DNA of 11,002 nucleotides from a virus (IMGVR_UViG_2541047680_000013), one strand, 5' to 3'; positions 1 to 7,989 are shown, counted from the stretch's first letter. Notes: generated by a model from the sequence alone, not told the origin. Numbers and translations: made by a program.

Positions 1-85
1 TTATATTCCTTCAATATTCATTTAAATGTCGGGTTCTCTCTACTGATATAAATTACAATTAAAATCATTGGTAGGGAAGCGCGCA

Positions 86-104
86 GTGCTTTCCCCGCCT
101 CGCC
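86..104. other. cos site: 19-nt P2/P4-type cohesive-end sequence
   Basis: GTGCTTTCCCCGCCTCGCC at 86-104 is the exact reverse complement of the P2/P4 cohesive end GGCGAGGCGGGGAAAGCAC (recalled from memory). GC-rich hairpins follow at 101-121 and 154-173. Confidence 0.7.
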
Positions 105-204
105 CGCCCGCTTTGCGGGGCGGTTTCAATGCAGTTGCACTGACACGCTCAGGCCGCGCCGGGAATGGCGCGGTCTGCAGAAAATGAGGCAGGAAAACGC
201 ATGC

Positions 205-238
205 AAAGCCATGCACCTTATCGATGCATGGCTTTTTT
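205..238 (+). terminator. Rho-independent terminator-like hairpin between cos and the 3' end of psu
   Basis: Inverted repeat AAAGCCATGCA (205-215) / TGCATGGCTTT (225-235) with a 9-nt loop, running into T233-T238. The minus-strand version has a weaker U-tract. Confidence 0.45.
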
Positions 239-267
239 CAGTAAAACGGGCGGATTTTCGGGGAATT

Positions 268-840
268 TTACACAGACTGATGTGATGCCAGTTGCGCACT
301 TTTACGCGAAAAAATCATGTTCTGCGCAGGGGTGAATTTTTCACGGCTGTCATCCACCGAAGCCGCGTCAGGCCTGAATCCGATGGTCGTTAAAATGTCA
401 CTATCCTGTGCGGAATAATTAATTTTTTCCCCCTTCGCAAGCCAGGACAGAAGGGCTTCACGCAGGGCATCTGTGGCACGCTGTATGGCACAGTTTCGGG
501 CAATGGCCGTCAGCTCACTGTATCCCATCAGCTCCGGTGCCAGTGCCGCCGCCAGTGCTGTGCCGTGCTGCTGCATAAAATCATTCAGCCGGTCGCGGAT
601 GCTGATGTGCTGAACGGCTTCATGCGAACGAATATAACGACCGGCGGCCTGATTCACCTGCCATTTTCTGACTTCGATAATATTGCGTAATTCGTCCAGG
701 CGACTGACGTTTCTGCCTTCCCCGGACAGAAGCCGCAGATATTCCTGTTCGGCCGCAGCCAGCTCATTTTTGCGTTGCAGCCATGCTGCTTTGTTATTCT
801 GACAGGTGTCAAAGGCCTGCTGTAAGGCTGTGCTCTCCAT
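268..840 (-). CDS. psu: Psu, polarity suppression protein (capsid decoration / Rho antagonist)
   Basis: 190-aa ORF matching the length and recalled N-terminus (MESTALQQAFDTCQNNKAAWLQRK) of P4 Psu. It is the last gene of the sid-delta-psu operon next to cos. RBS AAAGAGA upstream. Confidence 0.88.
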   Translation of the reverse strand: MESTALQQAFDTCQNNKAAWLQRKNELAAAEQEYLRLLSGEGRNVSRLDELRNIIEVRKWQVNQAAGRYIRSHEAVQHISIRDRLNDFMQQHGTALAAALAPELMGYSELTAIARNCAIQRATDALREALLSWLAKGEKINYSAQDSDILTTIGFRPDAASVDDSREKFTPAQNMIFSRKSAQLASHQSV

Positions 841-913
841 CGTTATCTCTTTCTCATCATGCTGAAGAATAAAAATACGGTGTGCGGCGACGGCCGGGGT
901 TAACCGGCAGCCC

Positions 914-1414
914 TCATTCCAGACGCAGCGAATATGATTGTGTTTTTAACCGTACTGGCGGCAGTTCCTGTTTTTCATGCAGGCGTTCTGCCAGTTCGTC
1001 CGGCGTGACCGGGCGGACAATGAAGCGGGTGATGGTCTGAAGCGTTTTAAACACCAGACCACAGCCCGGATCCGTGCACACATAAAAACGCTCGGTGACT
1101 TCCTGAGACAGACGCCGCGATGTTCTTGACAGTGCAAGGCCTTTACATCTCCGACAACAATATCCGGTAACAAGCATTCTTTTCGGGCGTTTCATACTGC
1201 CGGAGGCTGACGTCAGTGAATCGCGGTATCTCTGTTTGCCTGAAATGTATTCCATTCCTGAATCTTTACTGTCAGAGAAAAAGCTTTCACTCGCTTCAAA
1301 TGTCGCAGAGCAATAAATATTCCGGCACTGTGCAATCATTATCTTGGTGCCATCGTCCATGAAATGTGCGCGACGAGTGTGAGCAACATGTCCACACGAC
1401 GGGCAGTAAATCAT
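914..1414 (-). CDS. delta: Delta late-gene transactivator (duplicated Ogr-like zinc-finger protein)
   Basis: 166-aa ORF with two Ogr-type zinc-finger halves (CPSCGH...CRNIYCSATF and CCRRCKG...CTDPGCGLVF). Its start overlaps the sid stop (ATGA at 1411-1414). Confidence 0.88.
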   Translation of the reverse strand: MIYCPSCGHVAHTRRAHFMDDGTKIMIAQCRNIYCSATFEASESFFSDSKDSGMEYISGKQRYRDSLTSASGSMKRPKRMLVTGYCCRRCKGLALSRTSRRLSQEVTERFYVCTDPGCGLVFKTLQTITRFIVRPVTPDELAERLHEKQELPPVRLKTQSYSLRLE

Positions 1415-2145
1415 GACAGCAGTCCTCTGGCCTTAAGCTCTGCACCCTGCTGGTCTATTTTGTCCTGCCACACCTTGCGCTGTGCCGGTGTGCCTGCCAC
1501 CTCATAATCCATGTGCGGGAGTGTTGCCGCTGACAGTCCGGTCAGCCGGAGAACCGGCTCGCCGGTGAGGCTGATTTGCATCTGTTTAATTTTCTGTTCC
1601 AGCGATGATTTCACCTGCTGCATGACAGCCTTTTCCGGTGCGACGTAGCCCTGATGGCCGGTGGTGTTGGCGAGCGGATTTTCCTGTACCAGAATGCTCA
1701 GATGCATTGCCCGGACAAGCGCCTCACAGGTTTCATTCAGGGCGTGTTCCAGCTCATGCTCTGCATACAGACTCAGAAGGTGATGATGTGCCTTCCGGTA
1801 GGCGGTGGCCGTGCTGTCACACGCCCCTTTCAGGCGTTCGCGTTCAAAATTCAGCACCACGGCCAGATTGTCATATTCCTGTACCAGCTCCCGGCGTGCC
1901 ACGCGCTCAATGTGGCGCTGTTTCAGCTCGTCGCTCAGGACACCACCGGCTGCACGAAAGGCCGTGCGCCAGTCGTCAGCGTCGTTTCCGTCGGCCTGCG
2001 CCAGCGCATTTTTTTCCTGCTCTGCCCGTTCAATGGCCGTGACGGTCTCATCCATCAGACGGGCGTTCTCAAGATGGGCGGCTCTGGCCTTTTCCAGTTG
2101 TGCCAGCGCGGATTGCAGATATTCAGGGATGGTGTTGTCAGACAT
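1411..2145 (-). CDS. sid: Sid, capsid size determination (external scaffold) protein
   Basis: 244-aa ORF, helical and Ala/Glu/Leu-rich, first gene of the late operon. RBS GAGGAG about 7 nt upstream of the ATG. Length and position match P4 Sid. Confidence 0.88.
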   Translation of the reverse strand: MSDNTIPEYLQSALAQLEKARAAHLENARLMDETVTAIERAEQEKNALAQADGNDADDWRTAFRAAGGVLSDELKQRHIERVARRELVQEYDNLAVVLNFERERLKGACDSTATAYRKAHHHLLSLYAEHELEHALNETCEALVRAMHLSILVQENPLANTTGHQGYVAPEKAVMQQVKSSLEQKIKQMQISLTGEPVLRLTGLSAATLPHMDYEVAGTPAQRKVWQDKIDQQGAELKARGLLS

Positions 2146-2216
2146 TTTCGGCTCCTCGTCACTTCAGGTTGAGAAAATTGTGACGTACACCGGACAACAA
2201 CACGACGCATTGCAGA

Positions 2217-2234
2217 TGTGCCAGCCCTGACACA
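2217..2234 (-). promoter_or_regulatory. Ogr/Delta-type activator site (TGT-N12-ACA) of the candidate sid late promoter (Psid)
   Basis: TGTGCCAGCCCTGACACA is a perfect TGT-N12-ACA dyad centred about 55 bp upstream of a CACAAT -10-like element (minus strand, about 2177-2182) and about 80 bp upstream of the sid ATG. Confidence 0.5.
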
Positions 2235-2313
2235 GGAGACTCATCCTCACACCGGCAAGCCAGGAAAAGGTCGCAGGAAAAACCGGCTTACTGTTTGTTT
2301 TTTTATATTTTAC

Positions 2314-2417
2314 TGTTCACCTCTGTTCACCTTAATAAAAAAGATAAGTAATACAGTAAGTTAAAGGGTGAACAATCGCAGTAATGACTGTTCACCGTCT
2401 GTTCACCACTGTTCACC
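2314..2417. repeat. ori-type iteron cluster (TGTTCACC octamers) with adjacent AT-rich tract
   Basis: TGTTCACC at 2314, 2324, 2389, 2400 and 2410, and inverted GGTGAACA at 2367. Followed by a strongly AT-rich stretch (about 2420-2520). The same octamer recurs in the crr about 4.8 kb away. Confidence 0.7.
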
Positions 2418-2575
2418 CGTTGATGGGCTTTTTGTGCTGTTTATTACTTTTTATTTTTATTAATTCACTGAAATAAATAAGAAAAAACAATTTGTATTTC
2501 ACTATAATTTTTTCCAGCTCCTTCCAGAGCGTTTTAAAGCTATCTGGCGCTGATGTACAAAAAATACACAGCCAT

Positions 2576-2593
2576 TGTAAGGCTGCCGGAACA
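2576..2593 (+). promoter_or_regulatory. Second TGT-N12-ACA dyad, candidate activator site of the late left promoter (PLL) upstream of vis
   Basis: TGTAAGGCTGCCGGAACA at 2576-2593, centred about 110 bp upstream of the vis ATG, with an AATATT/ATATTC -10-like element near 2625-2630. Confidence 0.4.
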
Positions 2594-2695
2594 AATCCCC
2601 CCTGTTGCGTCTGCCGAAAATATTCACAAAATAAAGCGCTACCCGAAGCCGGACGGACTTATCCGGTGCTGTATGGACATTAACGAGGTAGCCCG

Positions 2696-2962
2696 ATGCA
2701 AGCTGTTTTTTCTTCCCCGTCTCCCGCCCCTGTGACGCCACTGATGCCGCTGCCGGACATCACGCAGGAGCGTTTTTTACGTCTGCCGGAAGTGATGCAC
2801 CTGTGCGGCCTGTCACGCTCGACCATCTACGAACTCATCCGTAAGGGGGAATTTCCGCCGCAGGTGAGTCTTGGCGGTAAAAATGTGGCCTGGCTGCACT
2901 CTGAAGTCACCGCATGGATGGCCGGGCGCATTGCCGGACGCAAACGGGGGTACGACGCATGA
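2696..2962 (+). CDS. vis: AlpA-family phage transcriptional regulator / excisionase-like protein (Vis-like, 88 aa)
   Basis: 88-aa ORF with an AlpA-type HTH signature ([48 protein letters not shown]). RBS GAGG 7 nt upstream. Size and position match P4 orf88/vis. Confidence 0.8.
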   Translation: MQAVFSSPSPAPVTPLMPLPDITQERFLRLPEVMHLCGLSRSTIYELIRKGEFPPQVSLGGKNVAWLHSEVTAWMAGRIAGRKRGYDA

Positions 2963-3558
2963 TGATGCCTGTTCTGCAAAAACTTCCTTTTTCTGGCTTG
3001 CCTTTTTCCGGCATTTGCGGATATAGTTTTTCCGCTGCCGCAAAATCGGCAGCCGGGCGTGGAAACCCGAGTATGTTATCGGCGACATATGACGCGCCAT
3101 GCGTCTTTTTTTGTGTCGCAATCAACGCCACAGAGCGCCAGATTATGGTGTGGTGTGTGGTCAGTCGAGCAAATGGCACTCCGTGCATTCTGCCCGCGTC
3201 CGCTCATTATACCGCAGAGTCAATGGTAGTTCAGGCGGGGCAGCCTCCGGGCTGGCCGGTTTCCGATAACGCCGGTATTTCCACCCCCGTCTGGGCTATC
3301 GCCATCGAGCGTGGAAACTCCGGCGATAGCGTCATTTACGCTGTTATCGGAGGTTGCCTTATGGCTACGACCCTTACCCCCTCACACCCTGAATTTGTCT
3401 TTGTGTTTGCGGCTGTCCGTCGCGCAGACCGTCATCCCCGTATCTGTATGCTTCGCACCGTCGCCGGTGATGAACGCAGCGCCCGCCGTTCCCTTGTCCG
3501 TGACTATGTGCTCTCCCTTGCTGCCCGTCTGCCGGTGGTGGAGGTGTCCCGTGCGTAA
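2959..3558 (+). CDS. Left-operon ORF with uncertain start (199 codons from the ATGATGATG at the vis stop); hypothetical
   Basis: Open frame from the ATGA overlap with the vis stop to TAA at 3558. It overlaps the candidate promoter and leader, so the real start may be internal. In-frame nested start at 3361. Confidence 0.3.
   Translation: MMMPVLQKLPFSGLPFSGICGYSFSAAAKSAAGRGNPSMLSATYDAPCVFFCVAINATERQIMVWCVVSRANGTPCILPASAHYTAESMVVQAGQPPGWPVSDNAGISTPVWAIAIERGNSGDSVIYAVIGGCLMATTLTPSHPEFVFVFAAVRRADRHPRICMLRTVAGDERSARRSLVRDYVLSLAARLPVVEVSRA
2998..3027 (+). promoter_or_regulatory. Candidate sigma70 promoter (possible PLE equivalent)
   Basis: -35 TTGCCT (2998-3003), 18-bp spacer, -10 TATAGT (3022-3027), located just downstream of vis. 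Confidence 0.4.
3091..3112 (+). terminator. Attenuator/terminator-like hairpin in the left-operon leader
   Basis: GACGC (3091-3095) / GCGTC (3101-3105) stem followed by seven T (3106-3112), about 60-80 nt downstream of the candidate promoter. The stem is short, so this is weak. Confidence 0.3.
3361..3558 (+). CDS. Small nested ORF (65 aa); possible Kil/Icd-like cell-division inhibitor
   Basis: ATG at 3361 preceded by GGAGG (3349-3353), in frame with the longer ORF. Sequence [43 protein letters not shown]... Functional call is from memory of Icd-like annotations and is uncertain. Confidence 0.4.
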   Translation: MATTLTPSHPEFVFVFAAVRRADRHPRICMLRTVAGDERSARRSLVRDYVLSLAARLPVVEVSRA

Positions 3559-3838
3559 TAAAAAAGCCCCTCAGACCGTCTCAGCGCGTCATGACGCCCG
3601 TGAACACCTCAGCATTGAGGCTTACCATAAGCTCAACCGCGCCAGCGCCGTATCCCAGTTTGTTGGGGGTGATTTGATTCACCGTGAACTCTCCGGCCTC
3701 CATCAGCTCTACATTCCGCATATTTTCAGCTACCTGAATGAAGATATTGATTTTGTGCTGAATGAGCTGAAAGCCAAAGGCCTGTGCCGCGATTTTCTCG
3801 CCCAGCAGAAAGACCGGGGAGACAGGACGCATGTTTGA
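3551..3838 (+). CDS. Left-operon protein of 95 aa (epsilon-sized; possible antirepressor-like), hypothetical
   Basis: GTG start at 3551 with a strong RBS GGAGGT (3540-3545). The start overlaps the preceding stop (GTGCGTAA) and the stop overlaps the next start (ATGTTTGA). Alternative ATG at 3506 lacks an RBS. Confidence 0.6.
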   Translation: MRNKKAPQTVSARHDAREHLSIEAYHKLNRASAVSQFVGGDLIHRELSGLHQLYIPHIFSYLNEDIDFVLNELKAKGLCRDFLAQQKDRGDRTHV

Positions 3839-4286
3839 TTTTCCCCAGCCCGGTGAGATTTACCGTTCTGCCGGTTTTCCCGATGTGGCCGTGGTCGGCA
3901 TTCTGGAAGACGGTATTCCGTGGGAAATGCCGTACCGCTGCCCGGAAATTGTCTGGAACCCGTACCGCCGTAAATTCAGTATCCTTGTGCGTATCCTCGC
4001 CGACGGGCGCACCACAGACATCCCGCTGGGGCGTTTTCTGCGGGAATTTACCTGTGACCGTCCTGACCTGTTCAAACGCAGCCCCGTAAACCGGCATGCG
4101 GTACTGAAAGAAATGGCCGGAGACCCGGAATTACAGAAATGGCGGGAGAAATATCTGGATATTTACCCGCAGGACACTGTTCCGGTCAGCCGGGCAGCAC
4201 CGGTAGCGCGGGAATGGCGGGAAATTCCCCGCACGGAGCCTGACCCGGAAATCACCCCGGATAACAGTTACCGCAATTATCTGTAA
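3831..4286 (+). CDS. Hypothetical protein, 151 aa (P4 orf151-like by size and position)
   Basis: Complete ORF translationally coupled to the upstream gene. Purine-rich RBS GGGGAGA upstream. Confidence 0.75.
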   Translation: MFDFPQPGEIYRSAGFPDVAVVGILEDGIPWEMPYRCPEIVWNPYRRKFSILVRILADGRTTDIPLGRFLREFTCDRPDLFKRSPVNRHAVLKEMAGDPELQKWREKYLDIYPQDTVPVSRAAPVAREWREIPRTEPDPEITPDNSYRNYL

Positions 4287-4421
4287 TTAAAAAACGACAC
4301 CCGAAAAATTAAATGTGCGTATTCGCGCAGGGATACGCACGTCTTCAGGAGACGCAGATATGCCTTATCAGTTAATGCAACCGGCACGGAATGCAGTCAT
4401 CTGTCACAGGGAGGAAAGCAA

Positions 4422-4742
4422 ATGAAAACACCCTTACCGCCCGTCTTACGCGCAGCCCTTTACCGTCGTGCTGTCGCCTGTGCCTGGCTGACCGTGTGCG
4501 AACGTCAGCACCGCTACCCGCATCTCACCCTTGAGTCACTGGAGGCGGCCATCGCCGCTGAGCTGGAAGGCTTTTATCTGCGCCAGCACGGTGAGGAAAA
4601 AGGGCGTCAGATAGCCTGTGCCCTGCTGGAAGATTTAATGGAATCCGGCCCCCTGAAGGCCGCACCGTCGCTGTCCTTTCTCGGGCTGGTTGTGATGGAT
4701 GAACTCTGTGCCCGTCACATAAAAGCGCCGGTACTGCACTGA
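4422..4742 (+). CDS. Hypothetical protein, 106 aa, immediately upstream of alpha (P4 orf106-like; possibly the copy-number regulator Cnr)
   Basis: Strong RBS GGGAGG (4406-4411) 7-10 nt upstream of the ATG. Stop lies 14 nt before the alpha start. Confidence 0.7.
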
Positions 4743-4756
4743 AGGAGAACAACACC

Positions 4757-7090
4757 ATGAAAATGAACGTAACCGCCACCGTCAGCCATGCGCTCGGCCA
4801 CTGGCCGCGTATTCTCCCGGCGCTGGGGATTCAGGTGCTGAAGAACCATCATCAGCCCTGTCCGGTCTGTGGCGGGAGTGACCGCTTCCGTTTTGATGAC
4901 AGGGAGGGGCGCGGCACCTGGTACTGCAATCAGTGTGGTGCCGGTGACGGCCTGAAACTGGTTGAAAAGGTGTTTGGTGTCTCTCCGTCCGACGCGGCCG
5001 CAAAGGTGGCTGCCGTGACCGGCAGCCTGCCCCCGGCTGACCCGGCAGTGACGGCCGCCGCCGGTGCTGAAACAGACGCTGCCCGGAAGAACGCCGCCGC
5101 ACTGGCACAAACCCTGATGGCAAAAACCCGTCCCGGAACCGGTAACGCCTACCTGACCCGCAAGGGCTTTCCCGGCCGGGAATGCCGGATGCTGACCGGC
5201 ACACACAGAGCCGGTGGCGTGAGCTGGCGTGCCGGTGACCTTGTGGTGCCACTGTATGACGACAGCGGCGAACTGGTTAACCTTCAGTTAATCAGTGCTG
5301 ACGGCCGTAAGCGCACCCTGAAAGGCGGACAGGTCAGGGGCACCTGTCACACCCTTGAAGGACAGAATCAGGCCGGAAAACGTCTGTGGATAGCGGAGGG
5401 ATACGCGACCGCACTTACCGTACATCACCTGACCGGTGAAACGGTGATGGTGGCGCTTTCTTCCGTGAACCTCCTTTCTCTGGCCAGCCTTGCCCGGCAG
5501 AAGCATCCGGCCTGTCAGATTGTCCTTGCCGCAGACCGTGACCTCAGCGGTGACGGCCAGAAAAAAGCCGCCGCAGCCGCAGATGCGTGTGAAGGTGTTG
5601 TTGCCCTGCCGCCGGTCTTCGGTGACTGGAATGATGCCTTCACGCAGTACGGCGGGGAGGCCACCCGTAAGGCCATTTATGATGCCATCCGGCCACCGGC
5701 TGAAAGCCCGTTCGACACCATGAGCGAAGCAGAGTTTTCCGCCATGAGTACCAGCGAAAAGGCCATGCGTATCTATGAGCATTACGGCGAGGCGCTCGCG
5801 GTCGATGCCAACGGCCAGCTTCTGTCCCGCTATGAAAATGGTGTCTGGAAGGTGCTGCCGCCACAGGACTTTGCCCGGGATGTGGCCGGGCTGTTTCAGC
5901 GTCTGCGTGCGCCGTTCTCCTCCGGGAAGGTGGCCTCCGTGGTGGACACCCTGAAGCTGATTATTCCGCAGCAGGAAGCCCCCTCCCGCCGCCTGATTGG
6001 CTTTCGTAACGGCGTGCTCGACACGCAGAACGGCACGTTCCACCCGCACAGTCCGTCACACTGGATGCGTACCCTGTGCGATGTGGATTTCACCCCGCCG
6101 GTGGAAGGGGAAACGCTGGAAACCCACGCCCCCGCGTTCTGGCGCTGGCTTGACCGTGCTGCCGGTGGTCGTGCGGAAAAACGCGACGTAATTCTGGCCG
6201 CACTGTTTATGGTGCTGGCAAACCGCTACGACTGGCAGCTCTTTCTGGAGGTGACCGGTCCCGGCGGCAGCGGCAAAAGTATCATGGCCGAAATAGCCAC
6301 CCTGCTGGCCGGGGAGGATAACGCCACGTCGGCCACCATTGAGACGCTGGAATCCCCGCGTGAACGTGCCGCGTTAACTGGCTTCTCACTGATACGCCTG
6401 CCGGACCAGGAAAAATGGAGCGGCGACGGTGCCGGACTCAAGGCCATCACCGGCGGCGATGCGGTGTCCGTTGACCCGAAATACCGGGATGCATACTCCA
6501 CGCATATCCCGGCGGTAATTCTGGCCGTGAACAATAACCCGATGCGCTTCACCGACCGCAGCGGCGGCGTGTCACGCCGGCGGGTGATTATTCACTTCCC
6601 GGAACAGATAGCCCCGCAGGAGCGCGACCCGCAGCTTAAGGACAAAATCACCCGCGAGCTGGCGGTCATCGTGCGTCACCTGATGCAGAAATTCAGCGAC
6701 CCGATGCTCGCCCGGTCACTGCTTCAGTCCCAGCAGAACTCAGACGAGGCGCTGAACATCAAACGGGATGCCGACCCGACGTTTGATTTTATCGGCTATC
6801 TGGAAACCCTGCCGCAGACCAGCGGCATGTATATGGGGAACGCCAGTATCATCCCGCGTAATTACCGTAAATACCTCTATCACGCCTATCTGGCCTACAT
6901 GGAGGCAAACGGCTACCGGAATGTACTCAGTCTGAAAATGTTCGGGTTGGGGCTGCCGGTGATGCTGAAGGAATACGGACTGAATTACGAGAAGCGCCAT
7001 ACCAAACAGGGGATACAGACCAACCTGACGCTGAAAGAGGAAAGCTACGGCGACTGGCTGCCAAAATGTGACGACCCTGCGACAACCTGA
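4757..7090 (+). CDS. alpha: Alpha replication protein: primase-helicase with iteron-binding C-terminus
   Basis: 777-aa ORF. N-terminal zinc motif CPVCGG...YCNQCG typical of primases, Walker A GPGGSGKS (nt 6257-6280), RBS AGGAG upstream. Length equals that of P4 alpha. Confidence 0.93.
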   Translation: MKMNVTATVSHALGHWPRILPALGIQVLKNHHQPCPVCGGSDRFRFDDREGRGTWYCNQCGAGDGLKLVEKVFGVSPSDAAAKVAAVTGSLPPADPAVTAAAGAETDAARKNAAALAQTLMAKTRPGTGNAYLTRKGFPGRECRMLTGTHRAGGVSWRAGDLVVPLYDDSGELVNLQLISADGRKRTLKGGQVRGTCHTLEGQNQAGKRLWIAEGYATALTVHHLTGETVMVALSSVNLLSLASLARQKHPACQIVLAADRDLSGDGQKKAAAAADACEGVVALPPVFGDWNDAFTQYGGEATRKAIYDAIRPPAESPFDTMSEAEFSAMSTSEKAMRIYEHYGEALAVDANGQLLSRYENGVWKVLPPQDFARDVAGLFQRLRAPFSSGKVASVVDTLKLIIPQQEAPSRRLIGFRNGVLDTQNGTFHPHSPSHWMRTLCDVDFTPPVEGETLETHAPAFWRWLDRAAGGRAEKRDVILAALFMVLANRYDWQLFLEVTGPGGSGKSIMAEIATLLAGEDNATSATIETLESPRERAALTGFSLIRLPDQEKWSGDGAGLKAITGGDAVSVDPKYRDAYSTHIPAVILAVNNNPMRFTDRSGGVSRRRVIIHFPEQIAPQERDPQLKDKITRELAVIVRHLMQKFSDPMLARSLLQSQQNSDEALNIKRDADPTFDFIGYLETLPQTSGMYMGNASIIPRNYRKYLYHAYLAYMEANGYRNVLSLKMFGLGLPVMLKEYGLNYEKRHTKQGIQTNLTLKEESYGDWLPKCDDPATT

Positions 7091-7106
7091 CCCTCATGAC
7101 TCATCT

Positions 7107-7132
7107 GACCGGCATCTGCCGGTCTTTTTTTT
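7107..7132 (+). terminator. Rho-independent terminator of the alpha operon
   Basis: GACCGG (7107-7112) / CCGGTC (7119-7124) stem, 6-nt loop, then eight T (7125-7132), 17 nt after the alpha stop. Confidence 0.7.
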
Positions 7133-7150
7133 ATCCCTGAATCCCCCGAA

Positions 7151-7452
7151 GGTGAACAATCCACTGTTCACCCTTCACCGTATATTCACCCGTTATCACA
7201 CTGAAATTAAAAGAGAAAAACGAAAGGTGAACAGTGTGAACAATCAAATCAAAAAAAACTTTTTTCTCCCTGTGTGATTTTCAGTACGGGGGATTAATCA
7301 CCGGTATGAGTCACACCAGCAGAATGCCGGAGGTGAAGAATCGAATGTTCACCCTTCACCCATTATTCACCACCTATCATACTGAAATAAAAGGAGAAAA
7401 AAGAAAGGTGAACAGTGTGAACAGTTCTTTCGAAAAAAAATTTTTTTCCTGT
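7151..7452. repeat. crr-type cis replication region: two ~120-bp direct repeats separated by ~60 bp, each carrying TGTTCACC/GGTGAACA iterons
   Basis: Repeat 1 about 7151-7272 and repeat 2 about 7332-7452 align at roughly 85% identity. Iterons at 7151, 7166, 7226, 7346 and 7407, plus GTGAACA half-sites at 7236 and 7417. Confidence 0.75.
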
Positions 7453-7733
7453 ACGATATAGCATCAATCCAAGTAAAAATGCGCTTTAATTTCACATTAA
7501 CTTACAGCCATTGGTATACAATTAGGTATACGCACAAAAACTGAATTAAACAAAATCGTTAAAAATCAAAGCAATATAATATTTATTCAAACTCCGCCAG
7601 CCCAATCATGATTGGACGGTGTAAGGACAACACCAACAAAAACAGGAAGTTAGAAGTCTCAGCAGGACACCGACCAGACGGTGAGGAGACATAAAAGGAT
7701 ACGCAAAGGAGCCGCGGCTCCGAAGTGAAATGA

Positions 7734-7757
7734 AAGCCCGCTGATGCGGGCTTTTTT
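7734..7757 (+). terminator. Rho-independent terminator in the non-coding region downstream of crr
   Basis: AGCCCGC (7735-7741) / GCGGGCT (7746-7752) stem, 4-nt loop, T-tract 7752-7757. Confidence 0.6.
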
Positions 7758-7989
7758 GCTTCTTCTCTTTAGCCTGATTCGACACTCTCAATGCGGCCAT
7801 AAACAACAACCCACTTTTCTTATACCGTAGCCTGTCCCCCTCTTCCTGCTTTCTAACCATAACAGATGTGAGCGTTTGCTATGAGCGATATATAGTCATT
7901 CGTACCCTCCGATACTAATCATCACAGAAATTAATATATTCATTCCTTACTGAAAAGCTATGAAGTAGATATATAGGATTGGGGCGCGT

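Larger units (their letters stand above)
1..7452. mobile_element. P4-type satellite phage (phage-plasmid) core region; continues beyond the left edge of the window
   Basis: Gene order and product lengths match the P4 core as recalled: cos, psu (190 aa), delta (166 aa), sid (244 aa) on the minus strand, an 88-aa AlpA/Vis-like ORF, 151-aa and 106-aa ORFs, alpha (777 aa), and TGTTCACC iterons at ori and crr positions. Confidence 0.85.

Noticed and set aside
946-1173. 75-aa minus-strand ORF inside delta in another frame
   Set aside because: Fully nested in delta, which has clear duplicated Ogr-type zinc fingers. No independent support.
1638-2230. Three plus-strand ORFs (134, 172 and 141 aa) antisense to sid
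   Set aside because: They lie entirely within the well-supported sid gene on the opposite strand, have no RBS or motif, and are typical GC-rich antisense frames.
2492-2741. Small ORFs (60-79 aa, both strands) in the ori / PLL region
   Set aside because: They overlap the AT-rich origin and promoter region, are low-complexity with no RBS, and fit better as regulatory DNA.
2813-3188. Minus-strand ORFs of 102 and 93 aa antisense to vis and the immunity leader
   Set aside because: Antisense to a confidently called HTH gene and to the promoter/leader. No supporting signals.
3506-3838. Alternative ATG start at 3506 for the 95-aa ORF (would give 110 aa)
   Set aside because: No RBS upstream of 3506, whereas the GTG at 3551 has a strong GGAGGT at optimal spacing and overlaps the upstream stop.
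4525-6552. Several antisense or alternative-frame ORFs inside alpha, including a 253-aa minus-strand ORF at 5288-6049
   Set aside because: Alpha is a continuous 777-aa frame with primase zinc motif and Walker A box. Long antisense frames are expected in GC-rich coding DNA and these have no RBS or motifs.
7068-7277. 69-aa plus-strand ORF spanning the alpha terminator and the first crr repeat
   Set aside because: It runs through a terminator and iteron repeats, so it is a chance frame in non-coding DNA.
2314-7452. Possibility that the TGTTCACC repeats represent a CRISPR array
   Set aside because: The units are 8-bp iterons with irregular spacing and mixed orientation, and at crr they sit inside two 120-bp direct repeats. 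There is no regular repeat-spacer structure or cas gene.
7606-7860. 84-aa minus-strand ORF in the region downstream of crr
   Set aside because: No RBS, overlaps palindromes and a plus-strand terminator. Treated as non-coding pending transcript data.
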